From Cyanobacteria bacterium auto_48_18 (GTDB lineage Bacteria; Cyanobacteriota; Vampirovibrionia; Obscuribacterales; Obscuribacteraceae), in contig JAVHQC010000016.1 in NCBI GenBank assembly GCA_036170915.1, forward strand, positions 133,627-197,626: a DNA stretch of 64,000 nt. The letters are read 5' to 3'. The notes beneath the pieces are model-generated. The model was given only the letters and a program-made list of their open reading frames with translations, did not search any database and was not told the DNA's origin. This document shows positions 54,541 to 64,000 of the stretch, piece by piece; position 1 is the stretch's first letter, and each line of letters begins with the position of its first letter. A program made the translations under genes and the position numbers.

Positions 54541-57447
54541 CTATTTGACAAGGGTGGCTTTCTGGGTGAGAAAACGTTTGAGATAGTCGCCAGTGTAGGA
54601 TTGCTTCTTGGCTGCGATATCTTCAGGCGTGCCTGTGGCAATTACCGTTCCGCCCTTGTCGCCGCCTTCGGGGCCGAGGTCGATTACCCAGTCAGCTTGT
54701 TTTATGACGTCGAGATTGTGTTCGATAATCAGCACCGTGTTGCCTGAGTCTGCCAGCCTGTTGAGCACGTGCAATAGTTTGTCCACATCGTGGAATGACA
54801 AACCTGTGGTTGGTTCATCCAATATATAAATTGTTTTTCCAGTAGACCGTTTGCTCAGCTGTTCTGCCAGTTTTACTCTTTGCGCTTCGCCGCCTGACAA
54901 TGTGGTGGCAGGTTGGCCAAGTTTGACGTAATCGAGGCCCACTTCCATTAGTGTGGCAAGTTTAGTTTGCGCTTTGGGAATGTTTTCAAAGAATTTGAGA
55001 CCGTCTTCAACAGTCATCTCAAGCACTTCGCCGATCGATTTGCCTTTGAATTTTACTTCTAGAGTCTCGCGGTTATATCGAGCACCTTTGCAGACGTCGC
55101 AAGTGACGAATACAGAAGGCAAGAAATTCATTTCAATTTCGTTCATGCCCTCACCGTGACATGCTTCGCAACGGCCACCTTTGACGTTGAAGCTGAAGCG
55201 GCCTGGCAGATATCCGCGGGCTTTTGCTTCGTTGGTCATAGAAAATACTTCGCGCACAATATCAAATAATCCGGTGTAGGTTGCCGGGTTAGACCTGGGC
55301 GTGCGGCCGATTGGCGATTGATCGATATCGATCACTTTGTCAAGTTCTTTCACACCTGTGACGGCTCTTACGCCTTTTGGCGCAGGCACAGTGCCACCAA
55401 AATAATGTCTCAAGTGTTGGTAAAGAAGATCGTTTACCAGTGTAGATTTACCTGAGCCGCTCACACCAGTGACGGCAACGAATTTACCGAGCGGAATCTC
55501 CACCGTGATGTCTTGAAGATTGTTGAGAGTAGCCCCTTCAATGGTTAGTTTGTGGCCATTGCCGGCCCGGCGTTTCTTAGGCACAAGAATATTCTTGCGG
55601 CCACTTAGATAAGCACCAGTTGACGAACGCTGCGAATTTAATATGGCGGGCAATTTGCCTTCTGCCACCAGTTCACCGCCGTGAACTCCGGCACCAGGGC
55701 CGATATCAATCAGCCAATCGGCTTCGCGAATAGTGTCTTCATCGTGTTCAACCACAAGTAATGTATTGCCAAGATCGCGCAGGCGCTTCAGTGTTTCGAT
55801 CAGTCTTGAATTATCTCTCTGGTGCAAACCAATTGATGGTTCGTCGAGTACATAAAGTACTCCAGATAGACCAGAGCCTATTTGCGTTGCTAGCCTGATG
55901 CGCTGTGCTTCTCCACCAGATAAGGTTCCGGCTTGACGATCAAGAGTCAGATAGGAAAGGCCAACATCATTGAGAAATTTCAATCGAGCGTTGATTTCAA
56001 TTAGAACTTGATGGGCGATTGTTTTATGACGGGCCGTGAGTTTATCAGGAAGGTTAGCAAAGAAGTAGATCGCTTTTTCTACAGACATGTTGCTGATGGC
56101 AGCGATAGACTGTGAGCCAACTTTCACCGCTAAACTTTCTGGTTTAAGCCTGAAACCTTTGCAGCTCGCACAAGTCATTTGCGTCATATAGTTTTCGATG
56201 TCGTTGCGCACTCGATCAGAGTTTGATTCTTCGTGGCGGCGTTTGAGATTATTGATTACACCTTCGAAAACTTTTTTATATTCCCAGAATTCTTTGCCGT
56301 CAAATGAGTCGTGGCCAAGCTTTATGCGGTCAACACCAGAGCCGTAAAGGATAATTCCTTGTTGAGCTTTAGTGAGGCTGGCAAAAGGTACTGTGGTGGA
56401 AAATTTGTAATGCTTGGCCACAGAGGCGACCAATTGATCGTAGTAAGGATTATTGGTTTTTGACCAGGGATAAATTGCCCCCTCTTTGAGAGATTTTTTC
56501 TGATCCGGTACAACTAGCGCCGGGTCTACTTCGAAGCTGCAGCCCAGGCCGTGACAGTCTTCGCACGCACCGTAGGGGCTATTGAAAGAAAATATGCGCG
56601 GTGATATTTCAGCGAAACTGATACCACATGCGGCGCAGGCAAAATTTTCTGAAAACAGCATTTCTTTTGCATTGCCATCAGTATTTTTTTCGTCTGATTT
56701 ATTCTCAGACTTGCCTTCGCCTTTAGCACCGCCGACAATATCAACCAGTACGTTCGATTTGCCCCATTTTAGGCCAAGCTGCAGACTGTCTGCCAGTCTT
56801 GACTGAATGCCCTTTTTTATCACCAGTCGATCTATGACTAGATCAATCGAGTGTTTTTTGTTCTTATCAAGCTTGATTTCGTCTTCAAGTTCAACAACTT
56901 CACCGTCGATGCGTGCGCGAACAAAACCTTCTTTACGCAGTTCACTAAAGAGTGCTTGATACTCACCCTTTTTTCCTGAAATCAACGGGGCTAGTATTTG
57001 AATTCTCGTGCCATCAGGCATTTCGAGAACCTGATCGACTATCTGGTCGATGGTCTGCGGGTTAATCAGGCGGTCGCATTGCGGACAGTGAGGTGTACCC
57101 GTGCGGGCGAAAAGCAAGCGCAGGTAATCGTAAATTTCGGTAACAGTACCGACAGTAGATCGCGGATTATGACTGGTCGATTTCTGATCGATGGAAATTG
57201 CTGGCGACAGGCCGTCAATTCCATCTACATCGGGCTTGTCGAGCTGGCCGAGGAACTGCCGGGCGTATGCTGACAGCGACTCGACGTAGCGTCTTTGCCC
57301 TTCGGCGAATATTGTGTCGAAAGCGAGCGATGATTTTCCTGAACCGCTGACCCCTGTAATGACCACGAGCTGGCCGCGAGGAATTTTGACGTCGATATTT
57401 TTCAGGTTATGTTGCCTGGCTCCACGAACAACGATGTAGTCGTGCAT
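54541..57447 (-). CDS. uvrA: Excinuclease ABC subunit A
   Basis: GARQHNLKN, two TGVSGSGKS Walker A motifs, two LSGGEAQR signatures and Zn fingers. Probable start is the ATG at 57447. Confidence 0.99.
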   Translation of the reverse strand: MHDYIVVRGARQHNLKNIDVKIPRGQLVVITGVSGSGKSSLAFDTIFAEGQRRYVESLSAYARQFLGQLDKPDVDGIDGLSPAISIDQKSTSHNPRSTVGTVTEIYDYLRLLFARTGTPHCPQCDRLINPQTIDQIVDQVLEMPDGTRIQILAPLISGKKGEYQALFSELRKEGFVRARIDGEVVELEDEIKLDKNKKHSIDLVIDRLVIKKGIQSRLADSLQLGLKWGKSNVLVDIVGGAKGEGKSENKSDEKNTDGNAKEMLFSENFACAACGISFAEISPRIFSFNSPYGACEDCHGLGCSFEVDPALVVPDQKKSLKEGAIYPWSKTNNPYYDQLVASVAKHYKFSTTVPFASLTKAQQGIILYGSGVDRIKLGHDSFDGKEFWEYKKVFEGVINNLKRRHEESNSDRVRNDIENYMTQMTCASCKGFRLKPESLAVKVGSQSIAAISNMSVEKAIYFFANLPDKLTARHKTIAHQVLIEINARLKFLNDVGLSYLTLDRQAGTLSGGEAQRIRLATQIGSGLSGVLYVLDEPSIGLHQRDNSRLIETLKRLRDLGNTLLVVEHDEDTIREADWLIDIGPGAGVHGGELVAEGKLPAILNSQRSSTGAYLSGRKNILVPKKRRAGNGHKLTIEGATLNNLQDITVEIPLGKFVAVTGVSGSGKSTLVNDLLYQHLRHYFGGTVPAPKGVRAVTGVKELDKVIDIDQSPIGRTPRSNPATYTGLFDIVREVFSMTNEAKARGYLPGRFSFNVKGGRCEACHGEGMNEIEMNFLPSVFVTCDVCKGARYNRETLEVKFKGKSIGEVLEMTVEDGLKFFENIPKAQTKLATLMEVGLDYVKLGQPATTLSGGEAQRVKLAEQLSKRSTGKTIYILDEPTTGLSFHDVDKLLHVLNRLADSGNTVLIIEHNLDVIKQADWVIDLGPEGGDKGGTVIATGTPEDIAAKKQSYTGDYLKRFLTQKATLVK

Positions 57448-57692
57448 GTGAGAGCCGTTGCGCTTGATCTCGCTTAACATCTTCTTCTTTATAGAAACTA
57501 TAGCCATATATTAGCCTGGTTGATGGGACATTCCTTCAGTTCTAACAATCTAATTTAGAATTTGCCGCTTGTTACCGCATTAATTTACAAATTTCTCTCA
57601 CAACAGCCTGTGGGTTCTGTTTTGCCTCTTTTAGCGGGGGGTAGATGATTGTAGAGTGTGCTCAATGTAGCGCCGGGAGGCTGGTAAATTCT

Positions 57693-60600
57693 ATGTGGCC
57701 AAAGAACGGCAAGGGCGGAAAAGGGGGTTCTAAGCCGAATGAAGGCGGCAAGGAAACATCCAAGAAAGCCCGTGCCACGCGGACAAAGTTAAAAGCGTTA
57801 TCGGCTGAAGCAGCTGCTAGGGCTTTGCAAGAAGCTGGGGAGCTTGACGGCGAGCCGCAAATATCAAGCGAAGAGCAACTGGAGACTGAAATCTTCAAAG
57901 CTGCCGAGCAAGCTGCACGAGAGCAGCAAGCTCGCGAAGAACAGGCACGCAACGCTGGCCCCGAGTTGTTGAGAATTCCAGCAAAATCAGTAAGCATGGA
58001 CGAACAGCTTAGCGATGTCTGGAAAGCCAAGCTGGCTGGGGGTCATAAGGCGCCGTTGGGGTCTTCGGGCAATATCAATGTTCCATCTGCAGCTAATCGC
58101 GTAGCCATGGAAGCGGCTGAAAAGGCTCGCATGAATGCCCAACATGAGGCCATGATTTGTGTTGTTGACCGCATGTTCGACCAATTTCAAAATCTAGCCT
58201 ATGAGTTTAATCAGGTGGCAGCCGCCTCAGACCTCGAGCTTACCTGGATTCGACCTAGCATTGCTCGTGAAAATGTCGGCACCTGGCACCAGGGTGCGCA
58301 GTATATCTCGGTTTTCAGCGGGCGTATTTCAACAAGATATTGGACTCTAGTAGTACGCGGCAGCTATGAAGGCATTACTGTTCACATTATTCCTGCCGAT
58401 AAATTATTGACGTTTAACTCGAGCCCAGGAAGTTTCATGGCGATTCTAGATATGGCGCCATATTTTGATGGGTCAATGATGTACTGGAGCGTTTCTGAAA
58501 AAGTCATGAAAAACTCCGACATGGATCTGGCGTTTCGCGCCTGCTTAGATAACCTAGTGCAAGTGGCGCAAGAAGATACGCCACCGGTTCAACCTATCGA
58601 TGTGTTCGCCTCGCTCGCTGAGGAAGAAAACGAAATCAACGCTCGTCCTCAGACGACTGAATTTATGGCGCCTGGGCCAAGTATGCTTGGTGGTGACATC
58701 AATTATTCAGAGCGATATAAACAGCATTTTTCTAGCGATTCGGCCACTTTTTCCACTGGCCCTGCCAACCATGGTCAAAGCAGTCAGAGATATACTCCGC
58801 CTGTTCCATACCAGGGTACCAACACATCGGTAAATCAGAATTCTATCAATCCATACCAGGGTACCAACACATCGGTAAATCAAAATTCAGTCAACTATCA
58901 AGGCACGGGCACTTCTGTTAACCAAAACGCTGTTGGCCAGAAAGCTGAGAGTAGTGATGATTGGAAACCCATCGTGCGCCAGGTCAGGCAATCTTCCGGC
59001 AACCAGCCTAACCCGTTAAGTCAAACTCCCTTTCCTATTCAACCTGCTCAACAGCAGCCTTTGCCAGCGCCGCCTTCAGGAATTCCGCCATTTTCTAAAC
59101 CTGCGTCGTCTCCAGGCATCGCCAATGATGGCTGGCGCAGTGTGCCGTCCAGCAATTCATCAAGTAATGTCGGTGCTGAACCCGCTGCTAACGCATTCAG
59201 TCAACCATTTAAACCTGCCGTACCAGGGGCACCGCAGGCGCCACCACAAATTCAGCAACCACAGCAACCCAAGTTTCAAACACCCTCACAAGCAAATGCC
59301 AGCAGTGATGATTGGAACTTTGTACCTATAGAGAAAAATCCTGAGGGACAAACACCAAAAGATCCTAATCAGCTGCCGCCTGTTTCATTCCCTAGCGGCT
59401 TGTTCGCTGATATGCCGGCTAATTTGGGATTTTCGGCTGAAGCATCGGCAAAGCTGTCTCAGATGCCAGGTACGCAGATTCCACCCTTGCCACACATTGC
59501 TCCCCTGGCTAAAAGCCAAACTTCAGAGCAGCAACAAATCGAGAAGTCGCAATCTCAGGCAGGAAAGCCGAATCCGTTCGCGGCACCATTTTCACCAACT
59601 TCTTCAAGCCAACAGCAGTCGTCTGACCCACCCGCCGCACAGAACTGGGGACCTGTCCAGATTCCGGCTCAGGTCCGGAGACCAGCTCAGCCTTCAGGGC
59701 AACCCGCCGTTCAGCCACCACAAGCACCACCTGTTGATCAAAATGAGATGCAGGTTCGACCGCAGCATTTACCTCCGCAAAGGCCTCAGTCATTCCCTGC
59801 TCTGTCACTGCAAGATGCTGGTGCTCCTCTACCCGCAGACGCAGGAGCAGCACTCCCTGCGGCTGGCGTTCCAACTCACATTCCTGCTCCGGCACCGATG
59901 CCTTCTGCACAGGCCGCCGCACCAGAAGCCACTAAACCAAAAGCTGGTTTCACCGCTGGTAGTGGCTCACCCTGGTCAGCCGCACCCAGTGAAAATAGTC
60001 TGGTTAATAACCGGGGTGATATTCAAGGTGCTCCATCCAACACGCAGAATATGATTGCACTGCCACCCGCTCCGTTGCCACCAGGGTTGTCTGGTTCGAG
60101 CAGCGGGTCTATAAGTGTCGACAGAATTGCATTTTCTATCGCTAATCAATCTGTGCCACCAGTTCCTGCTTTCGATAATACTGTTGTTCCAGACTTTGAC
60201 GTGGCCGATGTGCTTTCAGATGCGTTGGCTGAAGAGGTTGATGATTGGGAAGCGGGGTTATCGGTTGAGCCTGTTGTAGATTTAGCCTTGCAGCTTGACG
60301 AAGAGCTGGCCGCCGAACACACGGTCCAGAATCAAGAAGTATTAGACAAAGTTGAGCCAGCATCAGGTCTAGCCGATTCTGATGCTGCCGATATTGATGG
60401 CAGTGAGAGCAGGGATGATTTAAATGAGCCTGCTCAAGAGGTTCAGCAAGAGCAAGATTTGGACCATGATCATGACCTTGAGCCTGACCTTGATGATGAC
60501 GATGAAGATATATTTGAGATCGTTGAGTCTAAACAGCAATTGTCTCTGAGCGAAACAGACGAAGAATCTCAGGAAGAATCTGGCAGCGGTGAAGTGCAGC

Positions 60601-61247
60601 TTGAAGAAGCTGAAACTGCATATTCTGCCGACGTATCTGAATCTGAGTCTGAATCCGAATCTGAATCTGAATTTACATCTGCGTCTGAATTTGAATCTGA
60701 AACTGCATCTGAACCCGAGTCTGAATCTGAACCTGAATCTGAACCCGAACCCGAACCCGAACCCGAACCCGAATCTGAACCCGAATCGACAAGTGACCAA
60801 CAAACAGCAGAGCAGTCTGAAAATGACCTGGTGCAACTTGCCGAAATGCAAGAAGAGACATTTGAGTCGATTCAGCAATTGCAAGATCAAATGGCGTCTG
60901 CTGAACCAGCTTCAGAGAATGCGCCGGGTTACTGGCGTGGCCCGCTGGAATCATCAACTTCGTCAGCACCACCACCAATGCCGGCCCTTGAACCGATTTC
61001 AGCGTCGTTAGGTGATTTAGCACCAAATATAGTGGCCTCAAATCAGCACTCAATTAAATCAGAAATTGGCAGGGTTATTTCTGCCTTCGAGAAAGAACTT
61101 GAAATTATCTCCTCAAAAGGATCTGAAGCCTTTGCCAGGCGAGATCTGAAAGGGGCGGAGCACATGATTAAACTGGCGGAGACTATTAGCGAATATAAAG
61201 ACGCCCTGGCACGGTTGAAAGACGACTATGACAAAGATCTTTCCTAG
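57693..61247 (+). CDS. Large hypothetical protein: globular N-terminal domain, long P/Q-rich and acidic disordered region, helical C-terminus
   Basis: Uninterrupted ORF of about 1200 codons with low-complexity tracts. Probable start MWPKNG (57693); the track start is 57645. Confidence 0.75.
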   Translation: MWPKNGKGGKGGSKPNEGGKETSKKARATRTKLKALSAEAAARALQEAGELDGEPQISSEEQLETEIFKAAEQAAREQQAREEQARNAGPELLRIPAKSVSMDEQLSDVWKAKLAGGHKAPLGSSGNINVPSAANRVAMEAAEKARMNAQHEAMICVVDRMFDQFQNLAYEFNQVAAASDLELTWIRPSIARENVGTWHQGAQYISVFSGRISTRYWTLVVRGSYEGITVHIIPADKLLTFNSSPGSFMAILDMAPYFDGSMMYWSVSEKVMKNSDMDLAFRACLDNLVQVAQEDTPPVQPIDVFASLAEEENEINARPQTTEFMAPGPSMLGGDINYSERYKQHFSSDSATFSTGPANHGQSSQRYTPPVPYQGTNTSVNQNSINPYQGTNTSVNQNSVNYQGTGTSVNQNAVGQKAESSDDWKPIVRQVRQSSGNQPNPLSQTPFPIQPAQQQPLPAPPSGIPPFSKPASSPGIANDGWRSVPSSNSSSNVGAEPAANAFSQPFKPAVPGAPQAPPQIQQPQQPKFQTPSQANASSDDWNFVPIEKNPEGQTPKDPNQLPPVSFPSGLFADMPANLGFSAEASAKLSQMPGTQIPPLPHIAPLAKSQTSEQQQIEKSQSQAGKPNPFAAPFSPTSSSQQQSSDPPAAQNWGPVQIPAQVRRPAQPSGQPAVQPPQAPPVDQNEMQVRPQHLPPQRPQSFPALSLQDAGAPLPADAGAALPAAGVPTHIPAPAPMPSAQAAAPEATKPKAGFTAGSGSPWSAAPSENSLVNNRGDIQGAPSNTQNMIALPPAPLPPGLSGSSSGSISVDRIAFSIANQSVPPVPAFDNTVVPDFDVADVLSDALAEEVDDWEAGLSVEPVVDLALQLDEELAAEHTVQNQEVLDKVEPASGLADSDAADIDGSESRDDLNEPAQEVQQEQDLDHDHDLEPDLDDDDEDIFEIVESKQQLSLSETDEESQEESGSGEVQLEEAETAYSADVSESESESESESEFTSASEFESETASEPESESEPESEPEPEPEPEPESEPESTSDQQTAEQSENDLVQLAEMQEETFESIQQLQDQMASAEPASENAPGYWRGPLESSTSSAPPPMPALEPISASLGDLAPNIVASNQHSIKSEIGRVISAFEKELEIISSKGSEAFARRDLKGAEHMIKLAETISEYKDALARLKDDYDKDLS
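58806..58928 (+). repeat. 45-bp tandem coding repeat (2 near-identical copies + 1 degenerate)
   Basis: CCATACCAGGGTACCAACACATCGGTAAATCA at 58806 and 58851, encoding (P)YQGTNTSVNQNS. Confidence 0.85.
60636..60788 (+). repeat. Hexamer microsatellite encoding ES/EP repeats
   Basis: TCTGAA/CCCGAA runs. Confidence 0.85.
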
Positions 61248-61268
61248 CTTCAGATCTCTATTGGAAGA

Positions 61269-61904
61269 ATGATTATTTTTCGATTTGCTTCTGGTCTGTT
61301 CGTTTTTATTTGCCTGTGTGCCATTGTCTGTTGCTTTGAAGTTAAGGCACAATCAGCCCGAACTTTTAAAACTTTTTGGCCGCCCGTTGTTGGTCAGACT
61401 TATCCGGAAATAGAGCTAAGCGATCTTGGGGGCAGAAAAATCAAGCTGTCCTCTTTTGCCGGTAAAGTGATTTTGCTTGAACCTATTGGTATGTCTTGCC
61501 CTGCATGTCAGGCATTTGTGGGCGGAGCGACTAAGGGTGGCATCAATGGCGTGCAACCGCAGGGTGGTGTGTCGTCGATTGATAGTTATTTGCAGGCCTC
61601 TGGTGTTGCACCAGGCGATCCCCGGCTGGTGCGGGTGCAACTGATTCTTTATGGGCCCGGTCTCGGTGTGCCAACTCTTGCAGAAGCACAGGCCTGGGCG
61701 AAACATTTCGATTTTGGCAGAGGCAGCAATGAAGTGATTATGCTGGGAGATCAGCGCTATATCAATCAATCTAGCTACAACATGATTCCTGGCTTTCAGC
61801 TAATCGATAAAAACTTTACTCTGGTGTGCGACGCCACCGGCCATAATCCGCGCAGCAATCTTTATACAGAGTTGATTCCGTCAGTGAAGCGGTTTCTCAA
61901 GTAG
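61269..61904 (+). CDS. Exported redoxin/TlpA-like thioredoxin-fold protein
   Basis: VGQTYPEIELSDLGGRKIKLSSFAGKVILL, CPAC and IPGFQLID motifs. Confidence 0.75.
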   Translation: MIIFRFASGLFVFICLCAIVCCFEVKAQSARTFKTFWPPVVGQTYPEIELSDLGGRKIKLSSFAGKVILLEPIGMSCPACQAFVGGATKGGINGVQPQGGVSSIDSYLQASGVAPGDPRLVRVQLILYGPGLGVPTLAEAQAWAKHFDFGRGSNEVIMLGDQRYINQSSYNMIPGFQLIDKNFTLVCDATGHNPRSNLYTELIPSVKRFLK

Positions 61905-62762
61905 CTGAGTCGCTTCTTTATCGAACTTGTCTGCTTCTTTAGTTTTGCCCAACAAGCGTAAAATCTTTGCCGATTGCTTTAAAGCGCTGACATAACTGCA
62001 GTTTTGTTTGCCACCATATTTGTCTGCCACTTTAAGCCCCCGTGAAGCTAGATGGTAGGCCTCTTTGTAATCACCAAAAGTTTCTCGCTGCTGTGACAGA
62101 ACAACAAAGCCTAGAGCGGCGCTGACCAGCACGTCTTTATCAAAACCATACTGGGCCATTCCTTGTGCGAGAGCCTGTGCTTTATTCCACTGCTCTTTTT
62201 TGCACAAAATAGTAAAGATTTCGCGGCATTGCACTGCGAGATCTTTGCAGTCGGCGGGCAAATCATCACGCAATAAGTCAACGCACTGATACCACAATCT
62301 TTTTGCTTCTTGTTCCTGACCGTTGCTCAAATAAATTTGTGCCAGGTCAACGCGATGTTTCACGGCTTGCTTTCTATCTTGAGCTGAAAGCAGTGTGAGA
62401 GCATTTTCTAGCTTGAGGTAAAGCCGCTGGTCAACAGTGTTTTCACCCTTGAGATTGGTCAAAAGTACCAGGGCCGGAATGGTTTTAATGCCCCCTTCAC
62501 CAAATAATTTTTCTTGCGATTCGAGTGCTAAAGTAGTTAGTTCAAGAGCTGAGGAAAGACTGTTTTTTGCTTTCAATAATTTTGCCAGTTCAATTCTTGC
62601 CGTTGCCAGCTTCTCCTCATCTACAGGCTTTGCTTGTTCAAATGAAGAAACTTGAGAGCGGAGGCCGTCTTCATCTATTGCTGAAATTTCCTGACCGTTA
62701 GCTTGCTGAGCCAGAGCAATCGACAATAGAACAGCCAGCAATGCCAGGGGTTTTAAGGTCAT
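61881..62762 (-). CDS. Exported TPR-like protein
   Basis: Signal peptide and kinesin-light-chain-like TPR units (LALESQEKLFGE; LAQIYLSNGQEQEA). Confidence 0.75.
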   Translation of the reverse strand: MTLKPLALLAVLLSIALAQQANGQEISAIDEDGLRSQVSSFEQAKPVDEEKLATARIELAKLLKAKNSLSSALELTTLALESQEKLFGEGGIKTIPALVLLTNLKGENTVDQRLYLKLENALTLLSAQDRKQAVKHRVDLAQIYLSNGQEQEAKRLWYQCVDLLRDDLPADCKDLAVQCREIFTILCKKEQWNKAQALAQGMAQYGFDKDVLVSAALGFVVLSQQRETFGDYKEAYHLASRGLKVADKYGGKQNCSYVSALKQSAKILRLLGKTKEADKFDKEATQLLEKPLH

Positions 62763-62776
62763 GCTGGTCCTTCGGG

Positions 62777-64000
62777 CTATTGCTGCTCTCGAGTATTTTG
62801 AGGTTCCGCGGAATTAGTTTCTGTCTCTGTTTGAACTGGTTCACCCGTTGTCGGTGATGCTGTTTGCGGCTTTTCTGATGGCGAATCATTAGTGTTTAAG
62901 CCGTTTTTCAACTCTGAATATGGGTTTGATTCTTCGTCTAATCCGCTCACCAGCATCTTGACCATGTTGGCGAGAAAATGGCTAATTGTGTCGCCGTGCG
63001 AAATTATTGTTATCACTACAATCGAAAATAGCAGTGACGAGCTTGCCACTATCAGTAGTTGTCGGCCACGACTGACCGGTCGCACTTCATACTCGTCAAG
63101 TTGCCTCATAGACTGGGTCGTGCGACGCTTTTTCTTGGCCGCTTGTTCAAACTCTTTTTTCGATGAGCTAACACGTTTGTTGTTTTTGCCATCATCTTTG
63201 CGATCTGGCTTTTTCGCTTCAACTTTTTTAGCTTCAGGTTTTTTTTCGACTGTCTTTTTCGTTTCTTCCGGCTTACGCAAATTTGTAAGAGACGCTTTTG
63301 GTTTATTTACCTTTGAAGCTGTAGTAGGAATCGGCATATCACTGGTGACTTTCTGGCTCAGTGCAGATTCAATATCTTTTCGCATCAAGCCAAGTGACTG
63401 ATAGCGGTTCTCAGGCTGCTTTTCGAGGGCAGACATCACCACTTTTTCCAGTGAATAAGGTATCTTCAAATCTGGTCTTATCTGACTGAATGGCGCTGGG
63501 TTATCAGAAATTTGTTTGGTCATGGTATCAGCATAATTTCTGCCGAGAAATGGCACTTTACCTGTCAGGCTCTCGTACATGACGATACCGAGTGAATAAA
63601 TATCTGAGCGTTCGTCTACGGTGGCACCCATACACTGCTCAGGGCTCATGTAAATGGGCGAACCCCACACTTCACCCATGCGGGTGAGGCGCTGGGCCTC
63701 TTCCGCCATTTTGGCAATACCAAAGTCGACCACTTTTACATAGTCGTTGGTGCGACCTTGTCTGGTGAGCATGATATTGCCTGGTTTAACATCGCGGTGA
63801 ATGGCACCGTGACGATGAGCATGCTCGATGGCGGCGCATACTTGCACAAAAATATCTTGAAAGCGTTCGGGGTCAAGGTGGTCTTCACGCTTCAATAAAG
63901 TGGTGAGGTTTTCACCCTGCAAGTAATCCATGACAAAATAAGGCTGACCGCGAGCACTTGAACCGTAAGCATGAAGATTGACAATGCGTGGGTGGTTGAG
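62777..64000 (-). CDS. Hanks-type Ser/Thr protein kinase, membrane anchored (5' truncated by window edge)
   Basis: Frame is open to the window edge (LNHPRIVNLHAYG..PYFVMDYL). HRDVKPGN, DFGIAK, GSPIYMSPEQ and SDIYSLG motifs, plus a TM helix near the C-terminus. Confidence 0.96.
   Translation of the reverse strand, partial: LNHPRIVNLHAYGSSARGQPYFVMDYLQGENLTTLLKREDHLDPERFQDIFVQVCAAIEHAHRHGAIHRDVKPGNIMLTRQGRTNDYVKVVDFGIAKMAEEAQRLTRMGEVWGSPIYMSPEQCMGATVDERSDIYSLGIVMYESLTGKVPFLGRNYADTMTKQISDNPAPFSQIRPDLKIPYSLEKVVMSALEKQPENRYQSLGLMRKDIESALSQKVTSDMPIPTTASKVNKPKASLTNLRKPEETKKTVEKKPEAKKVEAKKPDRKDDGKNNKRVSSSKKEFEQAAKKKRRTTQSMRQLDEYEVRPVSRGRQLLIVASSSLLFSIVVITIISHGDTISHFLANMVKMLVSGLDEESNPYSELKNGLNTNDSPSEKPQTASPTTGEPVQTETETNSAEPQNTREQQ

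Noticed and set aside
57448..57692. LexA/SOS box upstream of uvrA
   Set aside because: No convincing match to the CTGT-N8-ACAG, GAAC-N4-GTTC or cyanobacterial-type boxes.
60420..61053. Alternative-frame ORFs with RF/GF, NL/NP and RV/QI dipeptide repeats
   Set aside because: By-products of the stop-free hexamer microsatellite inside the large plus-strand gene.

Overview
Gene-dense, mostly core-chromosomal bacterial window. I see no mobile element, prophage, CRISPR array or rRNA. It has cyanobacteria-like synteny (B12 radical SAM/DUF2344 fusion before rne, Zn-ribbon DUF721 before ftsEX) but no photosynthesis genes, plus several TonB-C, PATAN-like, TPR and Ser/Thr kinase proteins. This suggests a non-photosynthetic cyanobacterial relative (Melainabacteria/Vampirovibrionia); that assignment is inference only. 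Recognisable genes are tlyA, tRNA-Ser(UGA), pncB, miaA, sppA, tonB x2-exbB-exbD, aroE, ftsE/ftsX, two cyclophilins, flavodoxin, hsp20, ymdB, rne, feoA, fur and uvrA. The most notable items are: (1) a three-gene MNIO (DUF692/DUF2063-type) RiPP cluster whose secreted precursor carries KGKEGSC heptad repeats; (2) three phased ACCT-N4-AGGT palindromes downstream of rne; (3) a membrane protein in which a catalytically dead trypsin-like fold appears split by a PATAN/DUF4388 insert and ends in a TonB-C domain; (4) a Fur-boxed, structured leader or sRNA candidate ahead of flavodoxin; (5) a fur-feoA-Cys-rich operon without feoB. All family calls come from motif recognition by eye; no searches were run.
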